A stretch of DNA of 64,000 bases from Phycisphaeraceae bacterium. GTDB lineage: Bacteria; Planctomycetota; Phycisphaerae; Phycisphaerales; Phycisphaeraceae. The position numbers were made by a program, and so were the translations under genes. The stretch covers positions 608,001 through 672,000 of the forward strand of contig OY771506.1 of NCBI GenBank assembly GCA_963674705.1, in the 5' to 3' direction. Below the pieces are notes generated by a model that saw only the letters and a list, made by a program, of their open reading frames with translations, did not search any database and had not been told where the DNA came from. Of the stretch, positions 26,258-35,393 are shown piece after piece (position 1 is the first letter of the stretch; every line of letters starts with the position of its first letter).

Positions 26258-26439
26258 TCGTTGGCGCACCGATCGCGTGGACGGTTTTGGCCGTCTTTGT
26301 CGCACCGATCGGTGCGCCACTTTCGGGTTGTCTCGGCCGAGAAGGGATATACCCCCGTCTCTCAGCCTCTCCCCAGCCCCCGGAAGTTTTGTCACTCGCG
26401 CTACTCACGCGTAAGTAATCTTCCAGGGACGGTTGTTAA

Positions 26440-26511
26440 TGGCGGCGACGGGACTCGAACCCGTGTCTCCGGGACATGAACCCGGCAAGGAACCAACTCC
26501 TCCACACCGCT
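26440..26511 (-). tRNA. trnfM: Initiator-type tRNA-fMet(CAT), G37
   Basis: CCGGG-TTCATGT-CCCGG (three G-C pairs), A1-C72 mismatch, A11-U24. Confidence 0.85.
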
Positions 26512-26525
26512 ATTTACTTTTTAAG

Positions 26526-26599
26526 TCGCGATGGCTGGACTTGAACCAGCAACCTTTCCCGTATGAAGGGCGTGCTCTACACTTTTGAGCTACATCGCG
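26526..26599 (-). tRNA. trnM: tRNA-Met(CAT), elongator type, degenerate
   Basis: CGCCC-TTCATAC-GGGAA with two mismatches at the top of the stem; D-loop lacks GG. Confidence 0.7.
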
Positions 26600-26647
26600 A
26601 ATTTGTTGTTTTCGATCGTCCTTTCTTTTTAACACTCAAACTTTGAA

Positions 26648-26719
26648 TGGCCGCGGCTGGGATCGAACCAGCGCCCCCCTGCTTGTCGTGCAGGTGATCT
26701 ACCGCTGATCTACGCGGCC
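26648..26719 (-). tRNA. trnV: tRNA-Val(GAC), A32/C33
   Basis: CCTGC-ACGACAA-GCAGG. Confidence 0.87.
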
Positions 26720-26732
26720 ATGGGATAACCAA

Positions 26733-26803
26733 TAGCCTTGGCGGGAATTGAACCCGCGGCTCCGCCTTGAAAGGGCGGCGTGCTTCCACTGCACCACAAG
26801 GCC
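26733..26803 (-). tRNA. trnE: tRNA-Glu(TTC), first gene of the array
   Basis: CCGCC-CTTTCAA-GGCGG; U11-A24. Confidence 0.9.
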
Positions 26804-26872
26804 AATGCATAACGACAGTTACGTCGTTTCGAACGTCGTGTGGCGTCGGGTTTTGAGTCTGGGGAAGCGGGC

Positions 26873-27100
26873 TTACGCGGCGGATCGATCGCCCGGCATA
26901 AATCGCCGTGATCGACCTTTGCCGGCGGCCTGTGTCCCTGGTAGTAGCACGCATAACGCATGCCTGTAAATACCGAGGTAACTGAAGGCCGCTTGGCATA
27001 TGTCCGCAAGAATCGCGGACACGTCCCCAATGCCGCCAGACAGCATCGACGCACAGGACGTGCGTTCGTATGTATTCAGTTTTTGCTGTCTGAGGGTCAT
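26873..27100 (-). CDS. Putative leader ORF (75 aa) in the structured 5' leader of the tRNA array
   Basis: AGGTGA SD-like sequence before ATG 27100, just downstream of the promoter; overlaps several hairpins. Confidence 0.35.
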   Translation of the reverse strand: MTLRQQKLNTYERTSCASMLSGGIGDVSAILADICQAAFSYLGIYRHALCVLLPGTQAAGKGRSRRFMPGDRSAA

Positions 27101-27142
27101 CGGTTCACCTACTTCGTTAGAAGTTACTATTAACTGGCGAGA

Positions 27143-27171
27143 ACTATATCGGCGCATCGGCCGATGTGCAA
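27143..27171 (-). promoter_or_regulatory. Sigma70-type promoter of the tRNA array with a dyad in the spacer
   Basis: TTGCAC-N17-TATAGT; near-perfect palindrome GCACATCGGCCGATGCGC at 27152-27169. Confidence 0.65.
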
Positions 27172-27407
27172 CAGTAAATACGCGAATTCATGCAAAATTA
27201 TTGCAGCGCGTCGTCATAAGTTTAATAAATTGAGATTCTGGAGGAAAAAAAGTTGACGATTGGATCTATGAAAAAAGCATTTTAGCCACAGATGAACACA
27301 GATGAACACAGATAAGAATCAAATACATGGATTCATTCTGTTTGAATCCGTGTTTATCTGTGTTCATCGGTGGCAAATAGATTGGCTTTGATTAGCAGGA
27401 TGCATAC

Positions 27408-29156
27408 TTAGCCGATGATCTTGCGACGGTTGTTGACATAGTCCCACAGGACGTAGCGATCGAGGTCATGGCCGCCGGTGAAAAAGACGCGGCCGCTGGT
27501 TGCCTGGGCCATGCGTTGAGCGAAGCGCACATCTTCTTCGGACTGGCTCCAACTCGGGACCAGAAATACATTGATCGTGATCTGTTCACGCGCGCAGGCC
27601 ATGGCTTCGCGCATAGTTGCTTCTTCCGTCAACGGGTCCGGTGGGTAAAGTAGGTAGAGCATGGAATCGTCGAAGTGCGCGGTGGGCAGGCCGTCGGTGA
27701 TGAGGATAATCTGCCGGTTGGGCGTATCTTGTGCGCCGAGGAATTGCCGGGCAAGACGGAAGCTGTGCTGGATATTCGTGAAGTGCGGCGGGACCATCGA
27801 TTCGGCCACATCTTCCCGGCTCATATCAACACGCAAACGGACAACCGGGTCATAGATTGTCACGGGCTTGGGCAATAACTGCGGGACTTCGGAAATGTGT
27901 TTGGGCTTGGCGAAGGTTGCCATTTCCAGGAACTGTAGATAATCGCCGGGGTATTCGCGACGGATCAGGCCGTCCATCGCCAAGGCCATGCGTTTGGCGT
28001 CGATGAACAGGCCGTCGTAACGCATCGATCCGGACATATCCATGATGATGCTGGTGGCACACTTGGGTGTGTTTCGCGTTTGATGGATTTCGATGTCTTC
28101 GGAACGGAGGTTGATGCGTCCTTTATTGGCGCCGGCTTCCCAGGGCGGCGGGTTGTTGGCGCGTTCACGGAGCATGGCGTTGATCATGGATTGGGGCACA
28201 TCCATGTGTGTCGGGGAGTCGCCGAATTCGTACGCCTTGGTGCGTGGCAACTCGACTGCGCCTTCACCTGTGACTTTGCCTTCGTGTCGGCCGGAACGTG
28301 AGGCTTCGAGGTCAGCGAAGATTTCCTGGAGCAGTTTGCCCTGGAAGGTGCGGTAGGCCTGTGGCGTGAGTAGATAGTTGCCCGCGTCATCGATCTCCAG
28401 GCCCTGGCGTTCGGCCATCTCGCGCATGTAGTCTTCGACCTGTTGTTGCAGGCCTTGCAGTTGTTCGATGTCAGCTTCCTGCACGAACTGCGCTAACGCT
28501 TCCATATCGATCAAGGCGACCTGCGCGTTTTCCATCGCTTCGCGCAACTGCTCCAGGAGTTGATCGATGGTTTCGAGTTCCTCTTTGACTTCAAGTGCGC
28601 GAGGGACATCCATGGGGACGCGGCCGGTGAAGTCGTAGTTGGCGTCGAGTTCTTCGACCTGGTACTTGTCGCCGAGGCGTTCGGTGATATTGAGAAGATC
28701 GGCGGCGAACGGCGGGTCGGAGCGTTCGACGCCGTACCATAAGCGTTCGAGGTCGCGTATCTGCTGGTCGCGGATAATCCGCATGAACGGTTTCTGAAAA
28801 CGCTTGGGTACACGCGCCTGCGTGGCAGCGTCCATGTATTCTTTTTCGGCTTCTTTGATTGCTTCCGAAGTTTCGTAGGTTTCGAGGATTTTACGCTTGC
28901 GCTCTTCGAGCATCTCGATCAGTGATTCGAGGCTCGGACCGAGGCCGGCGATCTGCGAAGGGTCGAGCATGATCGCGTTGGCCAACTCTTCGGGTGTTAG
29001 TCTGCGCAGCGAACCGAAACGCATCATATGATCGAACGCAGCCGAGGCGATGTCCGGCTCAGGCTGGCTCGGGCTGGGGAAACGCTTGGGGTCGAACTTC
29101 TGGTATGCGTGTATCAACCCGCCGAGCGGTCGTGATGGATGGTCTTTGTTACTCAT
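27408..29156 (-). CDS. VWA domain protein (partner of the AAA ATPase)
   Basis: DMSGSM MIDAS motif, TNIQHS and ILITDGLPTAH. Confidence 0.88.
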   Translation of the reverse strand: MSNKDHPSRPLGGLIHAYQKFDPKRFPSPSQPEPDIASAAFDHMMRFGSLRRLTPEELANAIMLDPSQIAGLGPSLESLIEMLEERKRKILETYETSEAIKEAEKEYMDAATQARVPKRFQKPFMRIIRDQQIRDLERLWYGVERSDPPFAADLLNITERLGDKYQVEELDANYDFTGRVPMDVPRALEVKEELETIDQLLEQLREAMENAQVALIDMEALAQFVQEADIEQLQGLQQQVEDYMREMAERQGLEIDDAGNYLLTPQAYRTFQGKLLQEIFADLEASRSGRHEGKVTGEGAVELPRTKAYEFGDSPTHMDVPQSMINAMLRERANNPPPWEAGANKGRINLRSEDIEIHQTRNTPKCATSIIMDMSGSMRYDGLFIDAKRMALAMDGLIRREYPGDYLQFLEMATFAKPKHISEVPQLLPKPVTIYDPVVRLRVDMSREDVAESMVPPHFTNIQHSFRLARQFLGAQDTPNRQIILITDGLPTAHFDDSMLYLLYPPDPLTEEATMREAMACAREQITINVFLVPSWSQSEEDVRFAQRMAQATSGRVFFTGGHDLDRYVLWDYVNNRRKIIG

Positions 29157-29167
29157 ATCGATTATTC

Positions 29168-29357
29168 ACCGCGAAGGCGCGAAGAGCGCAAAGAGGAAAA
29201 TAAAAACGGCCACAGATGAACACGGATGGACACAGATGGACACAGATAGGAAATTCAATTTGATTCCGTGATTTGAATCCAAGTTCAAATCCGTGTTTAT
29301 CTGTGTTCATCGGTGGCTAATTCCTGGATTTCTTCGTGCTCTTCGCGCCTTCGCGGT
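29168..29357. repeat. Nested inverted-repeat elements
   Basis: Outer arms ACCGCGAAGGCGCGAAGAGC / GCTCTTCGCGCCTTCGCGGT enclose a complete family B element. Confidence 0.8.
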
Positions 29358-29361
29358 TTAA

Positions 29362-30804
29362 TCAAGTCTCATACTCGATCCGGCCATGGCGTTCGGCTCT
29401 ACTAATACGGTCGGTAGCGTATAAACCTGCGAGCACAAATTCGACGCAGGAGGCGCGGACGGCTTCGTCCTCGGCCGGGTTCACTTCAAACGCTTTTTCC
29501 CAGGCCGGGGGTACGCGCTTTAATAGCTTGGCGTAGTGCGAACTGGGGAGCATGTCGCCGACTTCGATCTTGACGCCCTGCCCGAAGATGTCGGTGATTT
29601 CATCGAGGCCGTGCTCGTCGACGTATTCATCGAAGACGTCGCGGATCGCTTCGGCGGCGATGGCTTCGAGCACCTGGTGTTCGGTCATCTGGTGTGTGCC
29701 CATCATGTCGAGTTCGAGCTTGCCGAGGGCCGAGGCGTGGTAGTGCGACAGGTCGCTGATGCGCGGTACGGCCGGCGTCTCACCGATGCGGATCGCACGC
29801 TGACGCGCGCTAGCGATCATCGTGCGGTAGTTGGCGATGCTGAAACGTGCGGAGACACCGGAGGCCTGATCGACGTACTTGCTCTTGCGTGCAACGACCG
29901 CCATCTGTTCGCAGACTTCAGCCATGAAGCGCGGAACGATAACGGGGTACTTGCCTTCGGTTTCGATACCCGCTTCCTGGATCATGATCTCGACGCCAAG
30001 ATCGCGCCTGCGCGGGTAGTGGGTCTGGATCGTTGTGCCGATGCGGTCCTTGAGCTGCGGGATCACCTTGCCCGAGCGGTTGTATGTCTGCGGGTTGGCG
30101 CTGAACATGACGAAGACATCGATGTCGAAGCTGACGGGATAGCCGCGGATCTGCACGTCGCGTTCTTCGAGGATGTTGAACAGGCCTGTCTGCACGAGTT
30201 CATCAAGGTCGGGCACTTCGTTCATTGCGAAGATGCCGCGGTGCATGCGGGGGATGAGCCCGAAGTGCAGCGCCTCTTCGGCGGACATGCTCGAACCGGC
30301 GGCGAGCTTGGCGGGATCGATCTCACCGATCACATCGGCGAACTTCGTGCCCGGTGCGAGGCGCTCGGCGTAGCGCTCAGCGCGCGGCCACCAGGCGATG
30401 GGTGTGTCTTCATCACCGTGCTGAGCAACATACGCCCGGCCGGCGGAGGTGATCGGATGGTACGGGTCTTCATGCACGGGGCACCCGCCGTGGAAATCGG
30501 CCGGGATGTCGAGGTACGGCAAATACGGATCGAGGAAGTTGACCAGAAGGCGCATGAGCTTGCTCTTGGCCTGGCCCTTCTCGCCCATAAAGAGGATGTC
30601 GTGTCCGGCGAGGATCGCGTTGATCAGTTCGGGGATGACGGTGTCTTCATAGCCGATGATGCCGGGGAACAACTCGTCGCCGCGCTCGAGCGCAGCGATG
30701 AGGTTTTCCTGCAGTTCCTGCTTGACGGGCCGGCTCTTCCAGCCGCTTGCCCGCAGCTCGCCCAGGGTCGTGATCTGTGTGTTGGGGGTACTCATCGTTG
30801 TCAT
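29362..30804 (-). CDS. Magnesium-chelatase/MoxR-like AAA+ ATPase
   Basis: GEKGQAKS Walker [22 protein letters not shown] and QLKDRIG. Confidence 0.88.
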   Translation of the reverse strand: MTTMSTPNTQITTLGELRASGWKSRPVKQELQENLIAALERGDELFPGIIGYEDTVIPELINAILAGHDILFMGEKGQAKSKLMRLLVNFLDPYLPYLDIPADFHGGCPVHEDPYHPITSAGRAYVAQHGDEDTPIAWWPRAERYAERLAPGTKFADVIGEIDPAKLAAGSSMSAEEALHFGLIPRMHRGIFAMNEVPDLDELVQTGLFNILEERDVQIRGYPVSFDIDVFVMFSANPQTYNRSGKVIPQLKDRIGTTIQTHYPRRRDLGVEIMIQEAGIETEGKYPVIVPRFMAEVCEQMAVVARKSKYVDQASGVSARFSIANYRTMIASARQRAIRIGETPAVPRISDLSHYHASALGKLELDMMGTHQMTEHQVLEAIAAEAIRDVFDEYVDEHGLDEITDIFGQGVKIEVGDMLPSSHYAKLLKRVPPAWEKAFEVNPAEDEAVRASCVEFVLAGLYATDRISRAERHGRIEYET

Positions 30805-30892
30805 GCCAGCATTTTAGGCATGCAAATCCCGGGCAAGACAAATACTCGAAAGAATAGGGGTTGGTCCGAAGTAGTAAGGGCCCAAACGCAGG

Positions 30893-33583
30893 TTACGGCC
30901 GCATTTCGGCTTGCAGTTTGAGTGCGGGCTTGAAGTCGGGGTCGATTGCAAGCACCTCGTCGATGATGGCGAGCATCTGCTCGTTGGCATCGGATGCCTC
31001 AATGTCGCGATCGAAGTACTTGAGCCAGACCGCCTTGGCCCAGATGCGGTGGATGCGTTCGTAGTGCTCGAAGCGCTGTGTTTCTTCTTGGTCAGCATTC
31101 ACAAGCATCGACGCGATGGATTGCGGACGGAACGGCCGGATGCCGGCGACGCGCTTGCCGAACTCATCATCGACGTTGAAGTTGTAATAGCTGACCGCGG
31201 ACATGAATTCGAGATACGGATGGTCATCGGTGTGCAGCAGGCCGTCACCGATGTACTGGTGGTAGCCCTCTTCATCAAGGTATAGGCAAAGCGGGATCTG
31301 TACCGGGTCCTGAATGCTGATCGCTTCAAGATCTCGCATGATCTTCGGCGAGGATGCGTAATCGCGGATGCGGTCCATATCGAAAGCCATAGGGCCCGGT
31401 GTGCCGATGAGGATGCCGAAGTTGGTCTGTGAATAGTCGATGTACCACAGCGACGCGTGCGGGAAGACGTCGCCAAACGTGCGAAGAAGCATCTTGAATT
31501 CTTCATCGCTGATCGCCATCATCGGTATCCACGCACAGGCGATGCCATCATCGCTTAGCCGATCCTTCATCAACTGGAAGTATTCGCGCGTGTAGAGCGA
31601 GCTGTTCTGGCGGTATTGCAGGTTGGTGACGTCGGTGGAGATGACATCGTACTTGCGGTCGCTGACCAGCAGGTGGTTGCGTGCATCGTTGAGGATAAGC
31701 TCGAAGTTCGGCTCATCAAGCACGCCGTGGTTTTGATTGGCAAAAAGCTTTGCGGAGCAGATCACCTCGGGCTCGATCTCTACGGCGGTCGCTTTGATGT
31801 CGTGTTGCGTCATGGACCAGGATGTGCCACCACTGCCGAAGCCGACCGTCAGCGCGGACTGTGGATCGGGATGCAACAGCAGCGGGATGTGCGCGAGCAT
31901 TTTGGCATCGATGGTCGAGTGCATGTGCGTGGACGCGACGTGCAGGCCGTCGATGTAAAGCGCGTTGAATGGTGCATCGGGCTCGGAGGCAAGCGTGACG
32001 TTTTTGACGATGACGGTGGCGCTCCGGCCGCTCTTGTAGCGGAGGATCTCGGACTGTCGGATGCCGGCGGCGGTATCCCACGTTGGGCCAAACGGGTGAT
32101 AGGTGAGTTGACCTTTGATGCGCTCAAGTTTCCCATCACGCACGAACGGCAGCATCTGCGAGCCGTAGGTCAGAATCGTGCCGACGTAGATGACGATCAA
32201 GGCGTAGGGCATCATGCGTTTAGGCCTATCAGGCGAAAGCCCCAGCGTGATAAGCCCAACCGCGATCCCGATCACGCAAAGAAACAGCAACGAACCGATC
32301 AGGCCCATAGCGGGGATGAGCAGTAGCGCTGTGACGCCGACACCGATCGCGGAACCGAGGTTGCCAGCGAAGTAATAGAACCCGCTCTTTCTGCCTAGCT
32401 CTTTGCCGGTCGATATCAACGCCTGACAGACTGCGGGGAAAGCGAGGCCAAGGAAAATCGTCGGCAAGAACATCATGATCGTTGCCATGAGCCCTTCAAC
32501 AAGTACCGCGCGAAACAGTGTGACCGGGACCATTTCTCCATCGGGGAACGCGATCTTGAACCGCATGAATGGAAATTGATAGAACGTCGGCAAGAGCAGC
32601 GAAGTGCTGATCCCCGCCATGAGGTTCGAGATAACAAACACGCGCACACCGGACATGCGTTTTGAAAGGATCGGGTAAAGCAGCAAACTGCCGAGGCTGA
32701 AGCCTGTCAGGTAGACGGCGAGCACGATCGCGAAGGTGGTCGTGCTGGTAGAGGTGAACAGCGAAAGCATGCGCAGCCAGATTATTTCGTAGCCGAGCGC
32801 GAGGAAGCCGGAGACGATGTAGAAAGGCAGAAGCAGGTGGATGATTTTGCTGTCTGCCAGCGACTGTGGCGTTGGTTGATCCTGTATTGATTCAGGTACA
32901 TCTGCTTGTCCGCTGCTTCGTTTGGGTGAGAAGCGGATCAGCGCGGTGCTGGTGACAACGACGAACAGGTTCAAGGCTGACGCGACGTAGAGCGAGTTCT
33001 GCACGCCGAGCGAGCGGATCAGGAAGATGCCGGTCAGCAAGCAGCCCGCGACGGCCCCGAGCGTGTTGATGCCGTAGGCGAGCGCGGTGCTGTAGCCGAT
33101 GCCTCGGCCGTGCTCGTGGATCAGGCGGTTCATCACGGGGATGGTCGCGCCCATGCCGAGCGTCGCGGGCAGGACCATCGCGATCGCCAACAGCAGGCGC
33201 ACGAGGTAAGGCAGCGCGGTGATCTGGTTGGAATCGCCGAACTCAATCAGCAGCAACCCCATCGCGCCGAGCAGCGCCGGCACAGCCAGGCTCCACAGGC
33301 CGATCCAGAACTCGACGCAGGCGTAGAAAAGCAATGCTCGATCGAAGCGTTCGAGGATGCGTCCGCCGATGAAGCTGCCGAGGCCGAGCCCGAGGAAAAA
33401 CGCGATAAGGATCGCGGCCGTAGCCGGGGCGCTTGCGCCGAACACAAGGACCATGAGCCGTTGCCAGAGTGTCTCGAACATCAGCGAGCTTGAGCCGGAC
33501 ACAAAGAACAACAGCAATAGCGGGAAGTAGACCCGCGATGTCATTGGTTGCGGCTTGAATGTTTGTGTATCAGTCACCGGCAA
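30893..33583 (-). CDS. Fused MFS-like membrane domain / spermidine synthase-like methyltransferase
   Basis: Many TM helices, then TVGFGSGGT, AVEIEPEV, DARNHL, YDVISTD and LYTREYF. Confidence 0.88.
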   Translation of the reverse strand: MPVTDTQTFKPQPMTSRVYFPLLLLFFVSGSSSLMFETLWQRLMVLVFGASAPATAAILIAFFLGLGLGSFIGGRILERFDRALLFYACVEFWIGLWSLAVPALLGAMGLLLIEFGDSNQITALPYLVRLLLAIAMVLPATLGMGATIPVMNRLIHEHGRGIGYSTALAYGINTLGAVAGCLLTGIFLIRSLGVQNSLYVASALNLFVVVTSTALIRFSPKRSSGQADVPESIQDQPTPQSLADSKIIHLLLPFYIVSGFLALGYEIIWLRMLSLFTSTSTTTFAIVLAVYLTGFSLGSLLLYPILSKRMSGVRVFVISNLMAGISTSLLLPTFYQFPFMRFKIAFPDGEMVPVTLFRAVLVEGLMATIMMFLPTIFLGLAFPAVCQALISTGKELGRKSGFYYFAGNLGSAIGVGVTALLLIPAMGLIGSLLFLCVIGIAVGLITLGLSPDRPKRMMPYALIVIYVGTILTYGSQMLPFVRDGKLERIKGQLTYHPFGPTWDTAAGIRQSEILRYKSGRSATVIVKNVTLASEPDAPFNALYIDGLHVASTHMHSTIDAKMLAHIPLLLHPDPQSALTVGFGSGGTSWSMTQHDIKATAVEIEPEVICSAKLFANQNHGVLDEPNFELILNDARNHLLVSDRKYDVISTDVTNLQYRQNSSLYTREYFQLMKDRLSDDGIACAWIPMMAISDEEFKMLLRTFGDVFPHASLWYIDYSQTNFGILIGTPGPMAFDMDRIRDYASSPKIMRDLEAISIQDPVQIPLCLYLDEEGYHQYIGDGLLHTDDHPYLEFMSAVSYYNFNVDDEFGKRVAGIRPFRPQSIASMLVNADQEETQRFEHYERIHRIWAKAVWLKYFDRDIEASDANEQMLAIIDEVLAIDPDFKPALKLQAEMRP

Positions 33584-33710
33584 GATTCATCCGCCTTGGA
33601 TTCATGATTGATCGATCACGCCCGTTTCAATCCCACAGTTTAACCAGACAAAACGACCGCACCAATCCGGTACTGTCGGCTGATATGCAATGTCATGTTG
33701 CAGCAAAGCG

Positions 33711-35381
33711 TCAGCTTCGCCAGATGATGCGCATGCGTGTAAAGATCACGACAACGATCCCGAGCAGGAGCGTCTGAGCGACCGCCCAGATGAACAGCAT
33801 CCAGGGGTTCGGCCCAAGCAGGCTGTACATCCAGCCGTTGATGGTCGGGTCGTTAATCGTCGCGACTTTGCCGACCAGCGGCGCAAGCAGCGGCAACATG
33901 ATGAATGGGCCAAGCAGGCCACGGATGCCTGCGTAGGCGAGCATCGGGTTCTGCCCGTTGATAACGAACAGGGAAGCCGTCCGCCTGAAACCAAGCACAT
34001 CGATCCAGATAAAGAGCGTACCAAGAAACAGGATCGCCAGCCCGGCGGTGACCCAATAAAAACTCAAGGTCGAAGGTTCACCCTTGGTGATACCACGTTC
34101 CAATGGTTCAACGAGCAGCCCGAGGACCAGCCAAGCTGAACCCCACCAGAAAAGAGAACACGTAAACATCGCTTTCGGATCGCCCGGCTCATTAACGAGC
34201 AGCAGACCGATCGCCATCAACGGCAACACGCCCAACCACGTCGCCCAAGGCGTGATGACCTTGAAGCCCGCGATGTCAAACAACACACGATCGTGACATT
34301 GCAGCCCGATCAGACTCACCACCAACAATCCGGCAAAAACCAGACCCATTGCAAAGTAACGCGCTACGCCCCATCCTCGCCGCTTCGCTGGTGAATCCGT
34401 CGGCTTGGATTGCATGTAAGTACGCAACAGGTCCCCAACAATCGTGCCGGGGATTACGACGAAGAGGAACTTGTACCACGTGAAGTCATACAACACGGAA
34501 ATATCCAACAGGCCCGGCAGGATATTGCGAGACAGATGATCGTTGATCCATGTCAGGTTCAGCCAGCCTTCGGGCGCAAAGACGATCCAGTCGATCCAGG
34601 GCGAACCGTTGAGATAGGATTTACCACCCATGTAAAGCATGGCTTTGTCATGTGCGATAAAGACAAGGATCAACGTGCCCAGACGCAACAATATGTGTTG
34701 CCGGGTGATAAGCCAGATGAGCGAGCCCGCGATCGCCATGTGCGCCAAGAGCAGGATGATGATGTCATTCTGTGCATAGGTAAACGCTTCGCCGTCACCG
34801 ATGTTGAGGTACGTCACAAAACCGATGCACGCGGCGACGCCGAATGTTCGGATCGCAAAAACAGTTCCCCGATTCAAGGTGCCGGGCAAGCGGGTAAGCA
34901 CCGGGAACAATAGCATGAACCCGAGGATGCCCAAGCACCAGGTGCTGGTTAATGGCGGGTTTTGGATCACCCGCGGGATCACCTGGAAGATATAGATCGC
35001 AAAACCGATCAGCGTGATCCCTCGGCCAAGTACCCCCAGCGCAACACGCCAAGGCGAAACGCCTTTGTCGAGTTTACGCCCCAGCGCAAGCGGGATCGCC
35101 GCGCCCATCGCGAACAGGAAGAACGGGAACACGCAATCGACCCATGTGAGCGCCGCCCACCAGGCGCGGCTCGTGTATGGGTCAGCCAACTGTTGCCAGA
35201 CGCCCTGTGCATCCGGCAGGAAACGTGGGTGATAGCCGTGATACATCGCGTTGGGCAATCCCTCGGGCACCATGCCGGACAGACACATCGCAAGGATCGC
35301 CAGGCCACGCAGCGCATCAAGCGACAGCGCGCGTGGTGCATTGGGTAACGGCTCGGTTTGGCTTTTACTTGAATCGGCCAT
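33711..35381 (-). CDS. DUF5009-type membrane protein (HGSNAT-like acyltransferase)
   Basis: RALSLDALRGLAI, TWVDCVFPFFLFAMG and GQNPMLAY. Confidence 0.8.
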   Translation of the reverse strand: MADSSKSQTEPLPNAPRALSLDALRGLAILAMCLSGMVPEGLPNAMYHGYHPRFLPDAQGVWQQLADPYTSRAWWAALTWVDCVFPFFLFAMGAAIPLALGRKLDKGVSPWRVALGVLGRGITLIGFAIYIFQVIPRVIQNPPLTSTWCLGILGFMLLFPVLTRLPGTLNRGTVFAIRTFGVAACIGFVTYLNIGDGEAFTYAQNDIIILLLAHMAIAGSLIWLITRQHILLRLGTLILVFIAHDKAMLYMGGKSYLNGSPWIDWIVFAPEGWLNLTWINDHLSRNILPGLLDISVLYDFTWYKFLFVVIPGTIVGDLLRTYMQSKPTDSPAKRRGWGVARYFAMGLVFAGLLVVSLIGLQCHDRVLFDIAGFKVITPWATWLGVLPLMAIGLLLVNEPGDPKAMFTCSLFWWGSAWLVLGLLVEPLERGITKGEPSTLSFYWVTAGLAILFLGTLFIWIDVLGFRRTASLFVINGQNPMLAYAGIRGLLGPFIMLPLLAPLVGKVATINDPTINGWMYSLLGPNPWMLFIWAVAQTLLLGIVVVIFTRMRIIWRS

Positions 35382-35393
35382 GAATATCCCCGG

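Noticed and set aside
26804..27135. GOLLD/ROOL RNA or T-box in the array leader
   Set aside because: I could not recognise their conserved motifs by eye and the region is short; an Infernal/Rfam search is needed.
14407..27171. Array as part of a prophage or ICE
   Set aside because: No integrase, structural, replication or conjugation genes and no att duplication were seen; the flanks are ordinary metabolic genes.
22382..29320. Family B repeats as a CRISPR array
   Set aside because: They are dispersed inverted pairs with internal 10-nt periodicity, not regularly spaced direct repeats, and no cas genes are present.
29536..30921. 461-aa plus-strand ORF and similar long shadows (2001-2975, 52645-53760, 55513-56868)
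   Set aside because: They are antisense to well-supported genes, expected from GC-rich codon bias, and have no recognisable motifs.
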